A stretch of 64,000 nt of DNA from Fervidicoccaceae archaeon (GTDB lineage Archaea; Thermoproteota; Thermoprotei_A; Sulfolobales; Fervidicoccaceae): assembly GCA_038734945.1 (NCBI GenBank), contig JAVYOA010000002.1:62001-126000 (forward strand), given 5' to 3'. Position 1 is the first letter of the stretch, and each line of letters begins with the position of its first letter. Positions 1-9,302 of the stretch are shown one piece after another. Below the pieces are notes generated by a model. The model did no database searches, was not told the origin of the DNA, and worked only from the letters and a program-made list of their open reading frames with translations. A program made the translations under genes and the position numbers.

Positions 1-1
1 T

Positions 2-322
2 GTATGAGGGAGAGAATTGAGAGAGAAAAGAAATTCCTGAGGAATTCATTGGAACCAAAATGAGATTGCCAGAGGAATTGAGAATCAAGTAAGATAATCT
101 CTCAGCTGATGTGCCACCATTGTTTATTATAAGCGTTCCATCGGAGTAAAGGGTAAGCACCAGTGCCTTATTTATCCTGGTCATAGCGCTTCCAAGCATC
201 TGATTTATGTTGGAAGCAAGACGCGTGGATGAAGTTATATAACTTTCCATGAGGGGGAATATAAGTGTTATGAGGATCACAACGAAAATTATTCCAGCTA
301 TTATATTGGCACTTGATTTCAA
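2..322 (-). CDS. Partial pilin-like/secreted protein (runs off the left edge)
   Basis: Not in ORF track. TTG at 322 after a GAGGAAG purine run; translates MKSSANIIAGIIFVVILITLIFPLMESYITSSTRLASNINQM... (short basic N-terminus, then hydrophobic helix), open to the window edge; directly downstream of the pilin gene. Confidence 0.6.
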   Translation of the reverse strand, partial: MKSSANIIAGIIFVVILITLIFPLMESYITSSTRLASNINQMLGSAMTRINKALVLTLYSDGTLIINNGGTSAERLSYLILNSSGNLILVPMNSSGISFLSQFSPSY

Positions 323-377
323 GGCTTCTTCCTCTAGTTATATATTTAAAAAAATATAAATTAAATTTAGCGCTGTT

Positions 378-821
378 TCAGGAAACGACTGTGGGAGTTA
401 ATTCAATGAAATAGCTTCCCCCAGCATCAGTATATACAGTTATCTTGTACGACTTTCCTGGAGGGAAGTTTCCTGAGGGGGTTATCGTCAAATAGATGTC
501 ACTGCCAGCTTTCACTGTAATTGGAAGGCTTGTTGTAGTAGTTCCCAGAGCATATGTTCCGGCAATGTTTGTTGTATCTACTCTTACTGATATTATCTTA
601 GAGTCAATGCTTCCCGCATTCTTTATATGTAAGTATATAACAGCATTACTTCCTGTTGAACTTACATTCATGTAGCTATCCGGCATTATCTGCAACTGCT
701 CTCTTGAACCTGCTCCCCCTATCAGGCCTGACATCCACAGCGCCACTCCAACTGCTAGTGCTATAGTTACAGCCACTAGTATTACCGTTGCTATTATTGG
801 TGAAATTGCCCTTTCCTTCAA
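378..821 (-). CDS. Archaeal type IV pilin (class III signal peptide)
   Basis: MKERA/ISPIIATVILVAVTIALAV prepilin motif; Ser/Thr-rich beta-sandwich C-terminus (HIKNAGS...GKSYKITVYT). Confidence 0.92.
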   Translation of the reverse strand: MKERAISPIIATVILVAVTIALAVGVALWMSGLIGGAGSREQLQIMPDSYMNVSSTGSNAVIYLHIKNAGSIDSKIISVRVDTTNIAGTYALGTTTTSLPITVKAGSDIYLTITPSGNFPPGKSYKITVYTDAGGSYFIELTPTVVS

Positions 822-825
822 GTTC

Positions 826-870
826 TCACCTTTCTAAACTTATTCTAATTTAAATGGTAGGTTTAAAAAA
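826..870 (-). promoter_or_regulatory. Putative promoter (TATA-like TTTTTTAAAC) and RBS (AGGTGA) of the pilin gene
   Basis: Minus strand TTTTTTAAAC at 861-870 and AGGTGA at 826-831, 4 nt before the TTG start, in an AT-rich intergenic region. Confidence 0.5.
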
Positions 871-981
871 TGCCATGCGTATCATATTCTTTTTATATTT
901 TTTGTCAATTTAATCATAATAAATTTATTTCTTTTCTTTCTTATCTAATCTTGTTTCTGATTGTAATATCTAATGTAACAT

Positions 982-2808
982 TCATCTTGGAATTGAAAAT
1001 AGAGGAATTAGCAAAATATTTATTGTTATGAGTGCTACTGCAACACTCGCAGCCGCCAAGATAGCAGAGTGCTTGAACCCGCCAGCCACTGATGTAGTTA
1101 CAGACTTTCCAACCAGCAGACCTGCTAACCAAGAATTCAGAATAAGGCTCAAGAGCAGCTGAAAGGTTAATGTAGAAAGGTATATTGGATTTATTGCCAT
1201 GGAAGATCCCACAGCACCTCCTGGACCCATAGGCTGCATTATGCTGATGGAGCTAACCATTAGATATATTATCATTACTGTTGACACTATGTTCAAAATC
1301 GATCCCAAGTATGGAAGAAAGGTATCGGTCCTCAGAGCTGATTTAAGCTGTGTCTCGAAGTCAGAGAGCCTTCTGCCATAAGAAGCTATTGTATCAAGAA
1401 GCTGCGGGGTTCCACCTCCATATTCTATAATATCAACTAGCATTCTCATTATTGTTCTCATGAACCAGTTCTTATATCCGAGAATTGCAAGCCTTACCGA
1501 TCTCTTTATGTTTAATCCTATTTGAAGAGATGCGGAGAGCTTTTTCAGCACTGGGTTAAAGCTACCATAGTCCCTTGAGCTAAGATAGATTATGCTCTTT
1601 TCTGGATTGAGTCCTGCTTTTCTTATCTCTGATAAATCTGTAAGGAAGGAGCCAAGGTATCTCACTACCCCTCTTTCCCTTGTATCTATCCTTTTCCATT
1701 CAAGCATTGGGGGTATTGATGCTGCAATGAAGAAAAAGCCAATAGCGGAAATTGCTATCGTCATGTTTGTTCTATCTGGAGTAATGAAGGCTTTGTAGCC
1801 TCCCATAGCCATCAATATGGAGAAAATGAGTGCTCCTGAGGGAACAGATATAAAAAGCGAAAGATACGGCTCCAGGTAGGATACGTGATATTTCGGTAAC
1901 GTTCCTCCAACAATCGCTATCATGAATATTGTCAACATGGGCATGAGTATAAAGTTGAACATTATTATCATTAGAGTGACATTTGTTGAAGTTCCAATGA
2001 ATTTAGCCAGACCAGCCCCCTGTATTGCTATTACAATGTTTATCGTGAGCCCCACAAGAACGTAGATTATCATGTAGGTGCTCAATATTAGGCTAACTTT
2101 TTCCACAAGCTTGTCCATATCTCTCTCCTTTTCCTTGAAGTATGCTTCTGTCTTCAGCTGCAAGTAGTGGGAAACATCGCCTCCCCCTCTTATTGTGGAA
2201 GTATAGCCCATCATGAACTCTCTGAATTCTCTGCTGGGATGATTTTTGGCAACCATTTCTATAGCACTCAACGCATCCAGTCCAAGCACTCTCATGTTCC
2301 TCCTTATTAATTGAGCTTCTTTCTTTATTGCATGGAAGAGATCGGAATCAGCAACTGTTTCTATTACTCTTTCCGGGCTTATGCCGGAAACAACCATCGA
2401 TGTTACATAGGAAGCGAAGAGGGGAAGCTCCGATTCAACCTCGTGAGCTCTTGAGGAGATGGCTGAACTGAGAAGTGCTATCTTAATTATAAAGAAGAGA
2501 GCAGGTACAAAGAGAACCAGGACGGGGAGAATGACCCCTAGCACTCCTAGAGAAGAATATAAGAGATTGTATCTTGCGAAGAGAACAATGGCTGCTATGA
2601 TGGAAAAAAATCCAACTATAGTGGTGTCCATCAGCAGCTTTGAAGCATAAACCACCGGATGCGTGAATATCATAGCCTTGCTTAGCTTATCCTCCAGCTC
2701 GTAGGCTTTGGCAAGCCTCTTTCCCAAATTACCGAAGTAAACGAGAGAGAGCCTCTCATAGACAAGAGAAAAGGTAATTTTCCTTTCCTTTTTCTTAGGC
2801 TCCTCCAA
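982..2808 (-). CDS. Type IV pilus/T2SS membrane platform protein (TadC/ArlJ/AapF type, two T2SS-F domains)
   Basis: Polytopic; ELPLFASYVTSMVVSGISPE, PSREFREFMMG and FLTDLSEIRKAGLNPEKSI repeats; overlaps the ATPase gene. Confidence 0.9.
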   Translation of the reverse strand: MEEPKKKERKITFSLVYERLSLVYFGNLGKRLAKAYELEDKLSKAMIFTHPVVYASKLLMDTTIVGFFSIIAAIVLFARYNLLYSSLGVLGVILPVLVLFVPALFFIIKIALLSSAISSRAHEVESELPLFASYVTSMVVSGISPERVIETVADSDLFHAIKKEAQLIRRNMRVLGLDALSAIEMVAKNHPSREFREFMMGYTSTIRGGGDVSHYLQLKTEAYFKEKERDMDKLVEKVSLILSTYMIIYVLVGLTINIVIAIQGAGLAKFIGTSTNVTLMIIMFNFILMPMLTIFMIAIVGGTLPKYHVSYLEPYLSLFISVPSGALIFSILMAMGGYKAFITPDRTNMTIAISAIGFFFIAASIPPMLEWKRIDTRERGVVRYLGSFLTDLSEIRKAGLNPEKSIIYLSSRDYGSFNPVLKKLSASLQIGLNIKRSVRLAILGYKNWFMRTIMRMLVDIIEYGGGTPQLLDTIASYGRRLSDFETQLKSALRTDTFLPYLGSILNIVSTVMIIYLMVSSISIMQPMGPGGAVGSSMAINPIYLSTLTFQLLLSLILNSWLAGLLVGKSVTTSVAGGFKHSAILAAASVAVALITINILLIPLFSIPR

Positions 2809-4357
2809 GTTCTCCCCCTTCTTCTCTGCTTTTGAAAGAGAGAAGCCTCTCGTTTACCTCACGCATAAGCTCCTCGGGCTTCTGATAATATGTTCTCACA
2901 ACTTTGGCTATATCAAGATAGAACCTCTTGTTCTCAATCCTCAAGTACTTTAGTACTCTCTTCCTCTTCTCGATCTCACCCATGATCCATTCCCAGTCCT
3001 TGCCTCTCAATTCGGCAATTTTCTTCAGCATTGTGCTTTTGGAGAAATCTGCTCTATGCTCATCCTTGTTTGGATCCCATCTGAAAATTTCCACATAGTC
3101 TCCATATTCAAGAATTTCCCACAGGTTCGTTATTCTTCTCACTATTTGGAGAGAGCCTTCTGGAGAGATAAGCATGTGCCTCTTGGTTACAAGAGCAAAG
3201 TTCAGGAAAGGTATGAAGCTTTTCGGCGTGTTCATTGGCTCGCTGGTTAGCCTGTTTATTGCCTGAACAACGTTCTCAGCATGAAGAGTTGTCAATCCCC
3301 CATGTCCAGTAGCAACTGCCTGCATGAGGGCATATGCCTCTTCTCCCCTCACCTCTCCAACAATTATGTAGTCTGGCCTGTACCTCAAGCTGACCTTAAT
3401 TAGATCGAATAAATTGATTTCTCCAATTTTCTCTGTTCCAATTCCGTAGCTCTGCCTTGTCACAAGCTGGACCCAATTCTCCAGTGGAAGCCTGAGCTCA
3501 GGTGTATCCTCAATTGTTACGACTTTCATTGATGGTCTTATTAAGGAGGCTATGGCATTTAGAGCTGTAGTTTTTCCTGAACCCGTCACTCCTAGGACTA
3601 AACCTGTCATCTTGTGCTCTAGCATTATCCATAGATAAGCGGCCATTTCCTCTGGAAGGTTCTTCCAGCCTATCATGTCCACTAGGGTTATTGGATCCTC
3701 CCTGAATTTTCTGATTGTGAATGTGGATCCCTTCGTGGTTACTTCCTTTTTGAACGTTCCAGCCAACCTATGACCCCCGGGAAGTATAGCATCAACAATT
3801 GGAAAAGCTACGCTGATGTGCGCTCCTGCTAAGTGCGATAGCCTTACTAGAAAGCTGTCAAGAGCTTCCTCATCGTCAATTCTAATGTTTGTGGGGAGGC
3901 TCTCATAGTTTCTATGCCATACATATATGGGCTTCCCTACTCCATCACAGGAGATGTCTTCTATGTAGGGATCCCTCATTAATGGATCTACGTATCCATA
4001 GCCAATAACATCTCTTTCAATATAGTACATCATTTTAGCCCACGAAACTCCTGGAGTTTTGCCCAAGCGGATTGCATACTTCCTGAGAATTTCCCTTGCT
4101 TTTTCTCTGAAGTATGCCATTGTGTCTATTCCACTTGGTGGTGGCTGAAGCTCATGTATCATTATGTTTATCAATATACCATAGATCTTTCTCTCAAGCG
4201 GAGAAAGAGAAACCTCGTCTACCACATATAAATATGTTCCATCTTCCTTGTTGAACATTATCCTAGCATAGGCCCAAGGAGGATTCAATGGATATCTCTC
4301 TATTTCTTTGTAGCTCCCAGAAATCTCTATGAAAGCAGCTCCTCCTGCTCTCTGCAT
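2795..4357 (-). CDS. Type II/IV secretion ATPase (TadA/ArlI/AapE type); frame stays open upstream to a CTG at 4471
   Basis: Walker A GVTGSGKTT, TIEDTPEL Asp box, LRYRPDYIIVGEVRG, GHGGLTTLHA His box. Confidence 0.95.
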   Translation of the reverse strand: MQRAGGAAFIEISGSYKEIERYPLNPPWAYARIMFNKEDGTYLYVVDEVSLSPLERKIYGILINIMIHELQPPPSGIDTMAYFREKAREILRKYAIRLGKTPGVSWAKMMYYIERDVIGYGYVDPLMRDPYIEDISCDGVGKPIYVWHRNYESLPTNIRIDDEEALDSFLVRLSHLAGAHISVAFPIVDAILPGGHRLAGTFKKEVTTKGSTFTIRKFREDPITLVDMIGWKNLPEEMAAYLWIMLEHKMTGLVLGVTGSGKTTALNAIASLIRPSMKVVTIEDTPELRLPLENWVQLVTRQSYGIGTEKIGEINLFDLIKVSLRYRPDYIIVGEVRGEEAYALMQAVATGHGGLTTLHAENVVQAINRLTSEPMNTPKSFIPFLNFALVTKRHMLISPEGSLQIVRRITNLWEILEYGDYVEIFRWDPNKDEHRADFSKSTMLKKIAELRGKDWEWIMGEIEKRKRVLKYLRIENKRFYLDIAKVVRTYYQKPEELMREVNERLLSFKSREEGGELGGA

Positions 4358-4472
4358 GTGATATAGTGTTACCCCTTCCTCAAATAGCTTCTCGAAGAAT
4401 AAGGAGTCGTCTCCTATCTTATTGCTCGATGAAGGAGTTTCGCCTTTTTTCTTAATTTTGAGGGAAGGCAGT

Positions 4473-7421
4473 TCAGAACACCTCCTCCTCCAGCTCTTTC
4501 TGAGCTAGAAGGTCAAGCCTTCTCCTCACATACCTCCTCATGTACAGAATTAGGATTGCTGATACTGCAATAATGAGCATATATATCCCATATGCTTTAA
4601 AATATCCCAGCAGTGTGTAGCTCATTCTAATCTCGACAGTTTGCGGAGAAGTTGAGGATACATTCCACACTTGGACCTGGGGAACATAATCTGCCGCTCT
4701 GACTGTTATTTTGTATAGACCAAGAGGAAGATTCACTGTTATTTCCCCCGTATAATCAGAGATAAAGGTATATGAGTTGACATTGTCTATACCATCTATG
4801 TTTATAATGGCATTAGAAATTGGTGTTCCTCCTGACTGAAGAATCCTTACAGTTAATGTACCAACGATTCTCCTAACCCCTATTGTAATGCTGCTGTTAT
4901 CATATAGAGAGATTGTTCTCTGAGTGGGGACATAGATTCCTCCCTGAACTGTCGCTACATATGTATTCGCAGGAAGCTCGAATACATACGTTCCATTGGC
5001 ACCAACAACTCTTGTATAAGAAGATATTTTTACTGTGATTCCTGAAGCGGGTATGTTTGTGTCGAGATCTATAATGCTTATAGTTAAGGTATAGTTTCTT
5101 CTTACTAAGCTGAATTGCTTGACCATCTGAGAGTCTATATAATAGCTCGTCGCTAATTCATAGAAAGTTTTTGAAGTTATTTCATCTGCTGGAGAAATCA
5201 GAATGCTCATGTTCCCAACATCATTCAGGGTTACATATGCTATTGAATTGAAGTCGGTAGTTCCTTGATGAACGTTTCCAAGCGTGTCAATTATCTCAAC
5301 TTTGAACGCTCCAGAAGCTGGAGAATTTGTTAATGAATCTATCACTTGTACTCCGAAAAGATAGCTCAGCCTAGCTATGTTCAAAATAATGTTTAGATTC
5401 TCTGGAACGCTGAAGGAATAGGAAATTGTAGGATAAATTGAGGAAAATTGGGGTGTGAGGGCTATCGTATATAATCCATATGTTATATTGAGCTTCAGAT
5501 CCCCTTTTGAAGGTTCCCAGGAACCAATAGTAGCATTTCCTCTTTGAGGAACAAGATTGTAGCTGAAGTTCCCCTTAGGAGGCCCCCCAGTTAGGTTGTC
5601 AATCAGTTCAAAGGTAACAGTGAAAACGTGAAGAGGGAGGGAAATGTTGAACGTTCCATCTCCAGTTACTGAAAGCTTCACTGAAAGAGAATCATAGATA
5701 TTTTGAGATGGAATAACTGTAAGAGTATAGTTGTCAGGTAGAACGTTTCTGAAGATCAGCGGCTTTTCACCTGTAGCATTTGAGACATACGTTATTTTTC
5801 CCTTCAGGATTGCTGAGAAGGACGTGGGTATGCTTCCATCCTCACCAAGAACGTTTATCTTTATGGTGCTGAGCGTTCTAGTTCTCAAATCCAGTGTATT
5901 GTAGGCAAAGATTTCCTTAATGCCATCGAGAACGAATGTCCGTGAAGGAGAAAAGAATATGAGTGTTTCATCGGTCCCGAACAGGGCTAAAGAGCCTTCT
6001 CCTACATAATATCCGAAGGAATCAGAAGTTCTGAGGATTGGCCAAAAAGTGTAGTTGCTCTGTGAATAAATGAGCGCACTCAAGTAATTTCCATCATAGG
6101 TGATAATAGATAGAGGAGACGTGGAAATTACCTTTACGAGGGTTGGAGATGAAGTTAGTTTATAACTATGAAAAACGTTATAGCCTTGCTGTGTCAGCTT
6201 CAATGCTACAAGAGTCCCGTCAGTGAAGCCAAGAAGAAGGTAGTTTCCTGAAGAATCGGAATCAAAGGCAGAGAGCTCAGTGCGAGAGTAAGTATCTCTT
6301 CCCAATAGGATTAGAGAGGGAGAAAGCCTATCTATGCTGAGGTAGCCACCTCTGGAAAGCAATAGAAGATATTTGAAGCCCAAGCTACCATCTTCAACCA
6401 GTAATCCCTTCACAGAGTCTGCCGTGAAGGAAATGCTGTTAATAACTTTTAGACCTGAGGGAGAGGGGGTTGCAAGGTAGAGCATGTAGTTTGTGCTTAC
6501 ATATGAAAGGTATATCAAAGGGAGAGATTGTGGAGGATAGGAAATTACATTCATTTTATTCAGCAGATCGCCTAGAGTTGAAGTATATAAATAGAAGAAA
6601 TTTGGCTTTGATGAAGATATGTATATTGAAACTTGAGATGATGGAGTTTCTCCAGGAGGAACCCCGAATTGAACTAATCCATTTTCATCGGTTGTTCCAG
6701 TTAGGAGAAAGCCTGTATCTGTGAAGTTCAGGATTATCTTTATTCCAGAAATAGAAGTTTCGTTTGTTGCAGGAGACAGCTGTATGTATATTTTCCCCAC
6801 GGGGCTATATATTGGGGAGCATAAAAGTAGGAGGTTCCCCCCATCTTTCCAGATATCCAAAACTTGATACTGCTGAACGTTTTCGGAGGTAGTGGAATAT
6901 GAAAATGGTCTATAGGTGATCCATGAATCACTCATAGAATCGTATTGAATGAGAGAGCCGTCAGAGAAGAGAGCATATACATATCTGCTGGATAGTGCAA
7001 GCACTTTTGTGACTGAACCAAAGGATCCTTCAAACTTCTTTACAGTATAGTTCAACGATTCATCTATGAAGATGACCTCTCCTTTGCTTGTACCGATAGC
7101 TAGCAGAGGATAGCTTTCATCCACTGATGTGACTATTCCATTTATGGAATAGGTGAATTTTATTGCATTGTTGAAGTAATCGTATATTTGAATGTGGTCA
7201 GAGTCTGGCTGATAGAGAAAGGAAGAACCTCTGTTTACTATCCAGGGATTTGGAAAAGAGGCATCTATTCCATAAATGAATGGCTTTCCAACTGTTTTTT
7301 CCAGTTCATTTAGGCTTATTGATTCTATACTCTGCGATGAAGCTGTAATAGTAAAAAACGATAGAAGGAAAAAGATTGAAATGAGAATGAACACACGAGT
7401 AGTAAATGTCAAATTGTACAA
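4473..7421 (-). CDS. Large secreted, C-terminally anchored surface protein (beta-propeller-like N-half, tandem carboxypeptidase-regulatory/PEGA-like beta-sandwich domains)
   Basis: N-terminal signal peptide; WD40-like blades (LLAIGTSKGEV, YVYALFSDGSL, YLLLGFTDGTL); TTDENGLVQF, TTDFNSIAYV, SDYTGEITVNLPLGLYKITV repeats; C-terminal TM helix + basic tail. Confidence 0.75.
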   Translation of the reverse strand: MYNLTFTTRVFILISIFFLLSFFTITASSQSIESISLNELEKTVGKPFIYGIDASFPNPWIVNRGSSFLYQPDSDHIQIYDYFNNAIKFTYSINGIVTSVDESYPLLAIGTSKGEVIFIDESLNYTVKKFEGSFGSVTKVLALSSRYVYALFSDGSLIQYDSMSDSWITYRPFSYSTTSENVQQYQVLDIWKDGGNLLLLCSPIYSPVGKIYIQLSPATNETSISGIKIILNFTDTGFLLTGTTDENGLVQFGVPPGETPSSQVSIYISSSKPNFFYLYTSTLGDLLNKMNVISYPPQSLPLIYLSYVSTNYMLYLATPSPSGLKVINSISFTADSVKGLLVEDGSLGFKYLLLLSRGGYLSIDRLSPSLILLGRDTYSRTELSAFDSDSSGNYLLLGFTDGTLVALKLTQQGYNVFHSYKLTSSPTLVKVISTSPLSIITYDGNYLSALIYSQSNYTFWPILRTSDSFGYYVGEGSLALFGTDETLIFFSPSRTFVLDGIKEIFAYNTLDLRTRTLSTIKINVLGEDGSIPTSFSAILKGKITYVSNATGEKPLIFRNVLPDNYTLTVIPSQNIYDSLSVKLSVTGDGTFNISLPLHVFTVTFELIDNLTGGPPKGNFSYNLVPQRGNATIGSWEPSKGDLKLNITYGLYTIALTPQFSSIYPTISYSFSVPENLNIILNIARLSYLFGVQVIDSLTNSPASGAFKVEIIDTLGNVHQGTTDFNSIAYVTLNDVGNMSILISPADEITSKTFYELATSYYIDSQMVKQFSLVRRNYTLTISIIDLDTNIPASGITVKISSYTRVVGANGTYVFELPANTYVATVQGGIYVPTQRTISLYDNSSITIGVRRIVGTLTVRILQSGGTPISNAIINIDGIDNVNSYTFISDYTGEITVNLPLGLYKITVRAADYVPQVQVWNVSSTSPQTVEIRMSYTLLGYFKAYGIYMLIIAVSAILILYMRRYVRRRLDLLAQKELEEEVF

Positions 7422-7422
7422 C

Positions 7423-7872
7423 CTATTTCGATGTTTTTATAATTATGTACTTTGGAATGTCGTTCTCGAGTATGAGAGATGCTGATACTTGAAGCTCAGG
7501 CGATGAAGGTATTTTCGAGAGGGCATTCTTCAAATTCCTATATGCTGTTAGTTTCCTGTTCAAGTTCTCTGAAAGAGACTCATAGAGATTGACCAAGGTC
7601 TCGGAAGGAGGATCAACCATTAGAAATATGTCTCCACCAAGATTGATTCCCTCATATGGCTTTTCCTGCGGCTTTATATTGAGAACTTCGTAGAACTTCT
7701 TTTTAACTTCAAGAGTTCCATGCATTAGATCAATCCTTCTCAGAATCTCTCCGAGCTCAGCGCTGATCTCTGCGATCTTTTTATCGGTGAATTGTTTTAG
7801 CTTGTCCAAGTTGTCAAATTCAATGAGTGTCGATGATGTGCTCAATTCTAACACCTCTTTCCCATTTATCAA
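7423..7872 (-). CDS. Hypothetical coiled-coil protein, first gene of the pilus operon
   Basis: 149-aa ORF abutting the surface-protein gene (1-nt gap); helix-strand-helix pattern. Confidence 0.7.
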   Translation of the reverse strand: MINGKEVLELSTSSTLIEFDNLDKLKQFTDKKIAEISAELGEILRRIDLMHGTLEVKKKFYEVLNIKPQEKPYEGINLGGDIFLMVDPPSETLVNLYESLSENLNRKLTAYRNLKNALSKIPSSPELQVSASLILENDIPKYIIIKTSK

Positions 7873-7911
7873 GAAGGAGATCGTTCCATTCTTATTTAAA
7901 TCTATTCATGA

Positions 7912-9162
7912 TCAGTCTACGGGAGATGAGGAAGCCTTCTTGAATATTAGTGCTGAAGCTGCAGCGAGAATGCTCGCAATAAGAGAAGTATAAATTATGC
8001 CGAATTCGGAAATAACGCTGGCAAGGAAGGACCCAAGAATTGCTCCCAAGCTCGTCATTGCATTCATTTTACTGACTGATTCACCTTTCTTTTCAGGAGA
8101 AGCATGCATCATTGATATTACAGGGAGTGACGCAGATATGCCAGCCCAGGTTGCTCCAACAGCAATGTAGAGAACAGGAAATATGATTATGGGGTGAACA
8201 AAGTAGGTTAAAAGAGGAAGGAGAAATAGAAAAGGCCTTGTAGAGACCGAGAGAACGAGAACTTTCCATGTGTCATTCCAACTACCAACCTTCCCCTTTA
8301 TGAAATCATATAGCAGTAGCGTTGTAAAGTTGCTAAGCAAGTACAAAGCGTATATTTCCTTATCGTTGTACTTGAAAATTTTCAGATATGCTGGCATTGG
8401 AGTGAAAAAAGTATTGATTGCTGTAAACAGGGCAACAGTGCCAATTAGTGTAAGCGTTGAGGCCCTTCCTATTTTTATTCTCAGCATTTTTCTCATTTCT
8501 CTTCCCGCTTCTCCGAATGATATGAGCTTCTCCCAATGCACGATTTCGCTGGGAAAGGATCTCACTCTTCCGACAAGATGGGAAAGCATCGGTGCAAGGG
8601 CAATTTTTTCCTGCATTTTTACCTTGAATTTTGGAGGGAGAAAAGCAGGAAGAGGGGTGAAGAAGAGCAGAATTGCCCCATTGAAGATGAGAATATACGA
8701 TGAGGGGAGAGCTCCCATGAAGGCTGCTGTTAAATAGCCAAATATTGTTCCCAAGCTAACAAGTATATTATACCTCGTTACTGCAATGCTGTCCTTCATG
8801 AGGTAGCTGACGAGAGCTGCTGTAAGTGTGGGAGAACCAATAGCTGCGCCTGCTCCGAAGAAAGCATTCATGGATATCACAGCATAGGGATCAGGGATGA
8901 TTCCCATAAGTAATGATGTAAGACCGATAGTGGAGAAGGATGTAATTAATAGCTCTACTTGAGATAGCCTTCTATAGGCTATTTTTCCATAATAGTAGCT
9001 CGTGATTGTGTAGAGTACGTTATAAACAAGCGTAGTTAGAGAGAGAAGTGAAGGTGAATGAGATAGAGAATAGACTCTCAGTCCAGAGGTCAGATTTATG
9101 ACAGCAGTGGTGAAACTGAATGCGAATACGCTTGCTGATATTATCCACAGTGGCTTCTCCAT
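7912..9162 (-). CDS. MFS transporter
   Basis: About 12 hydrophobic segments, YGKIAYRR loop, EKKGESVSKMNAMTSLGAILG motif. Confidence 0.85.
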   Translation of the reverse strand: MEKPLWIISASVFAFSFTTAVINLTSGLRVYSLSHSPSLLSLTTLVYNVLYTITSYYYGKIAYRRLSQVELLITSFSTIGLTSLLMGIIPDPYAVISMNAFFGAGAAIGSPTLTAALVSYLMKDSIAVTRYNILVSLGTIFGYLTAAFMGALPSSYILIFNGAILLFFTPLPAFLPPKFKVKMQEKIALAPMLSHLVGRVRSFPSEIVHWEKLISFGEAGREMRKMLRIKIGRASTLTLIGTVALFTAINTFFTPMPAYLKIFKYNDKEIYALYLLSNFTTLLLYDFIKGKVGSWNDTWKVLVLSVSTRPFLFLLPLLTYFVHPIIIFPVLYIAVGATWAGISASLPVISMMHASPEKKGESVSKMNAMTSLGAILGSFLASVISEFGIIYTSLIASILAAASALIFKKASSSPVD

Positions 9163-9302
9163 ATATATTGCTCACCGCTCTCATGGTCTCTCTGCTTCTT
9201 TCTAATGTTTGCGGTAGTTCCTAGCTTTGTTTGTTTCAGAAAGTTAATATTGGTTATCCGACATTCAGAGAGATGCTATTGAAGAACCGAGAAAGCAATT
9301 CC

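Noticed and set aside
982..4357. Archaellum (motility) operon
   Set aside because: No ArlH, ArlF/G or archaellin-like genes adjacent in the window; the pilin is short and pilus-like
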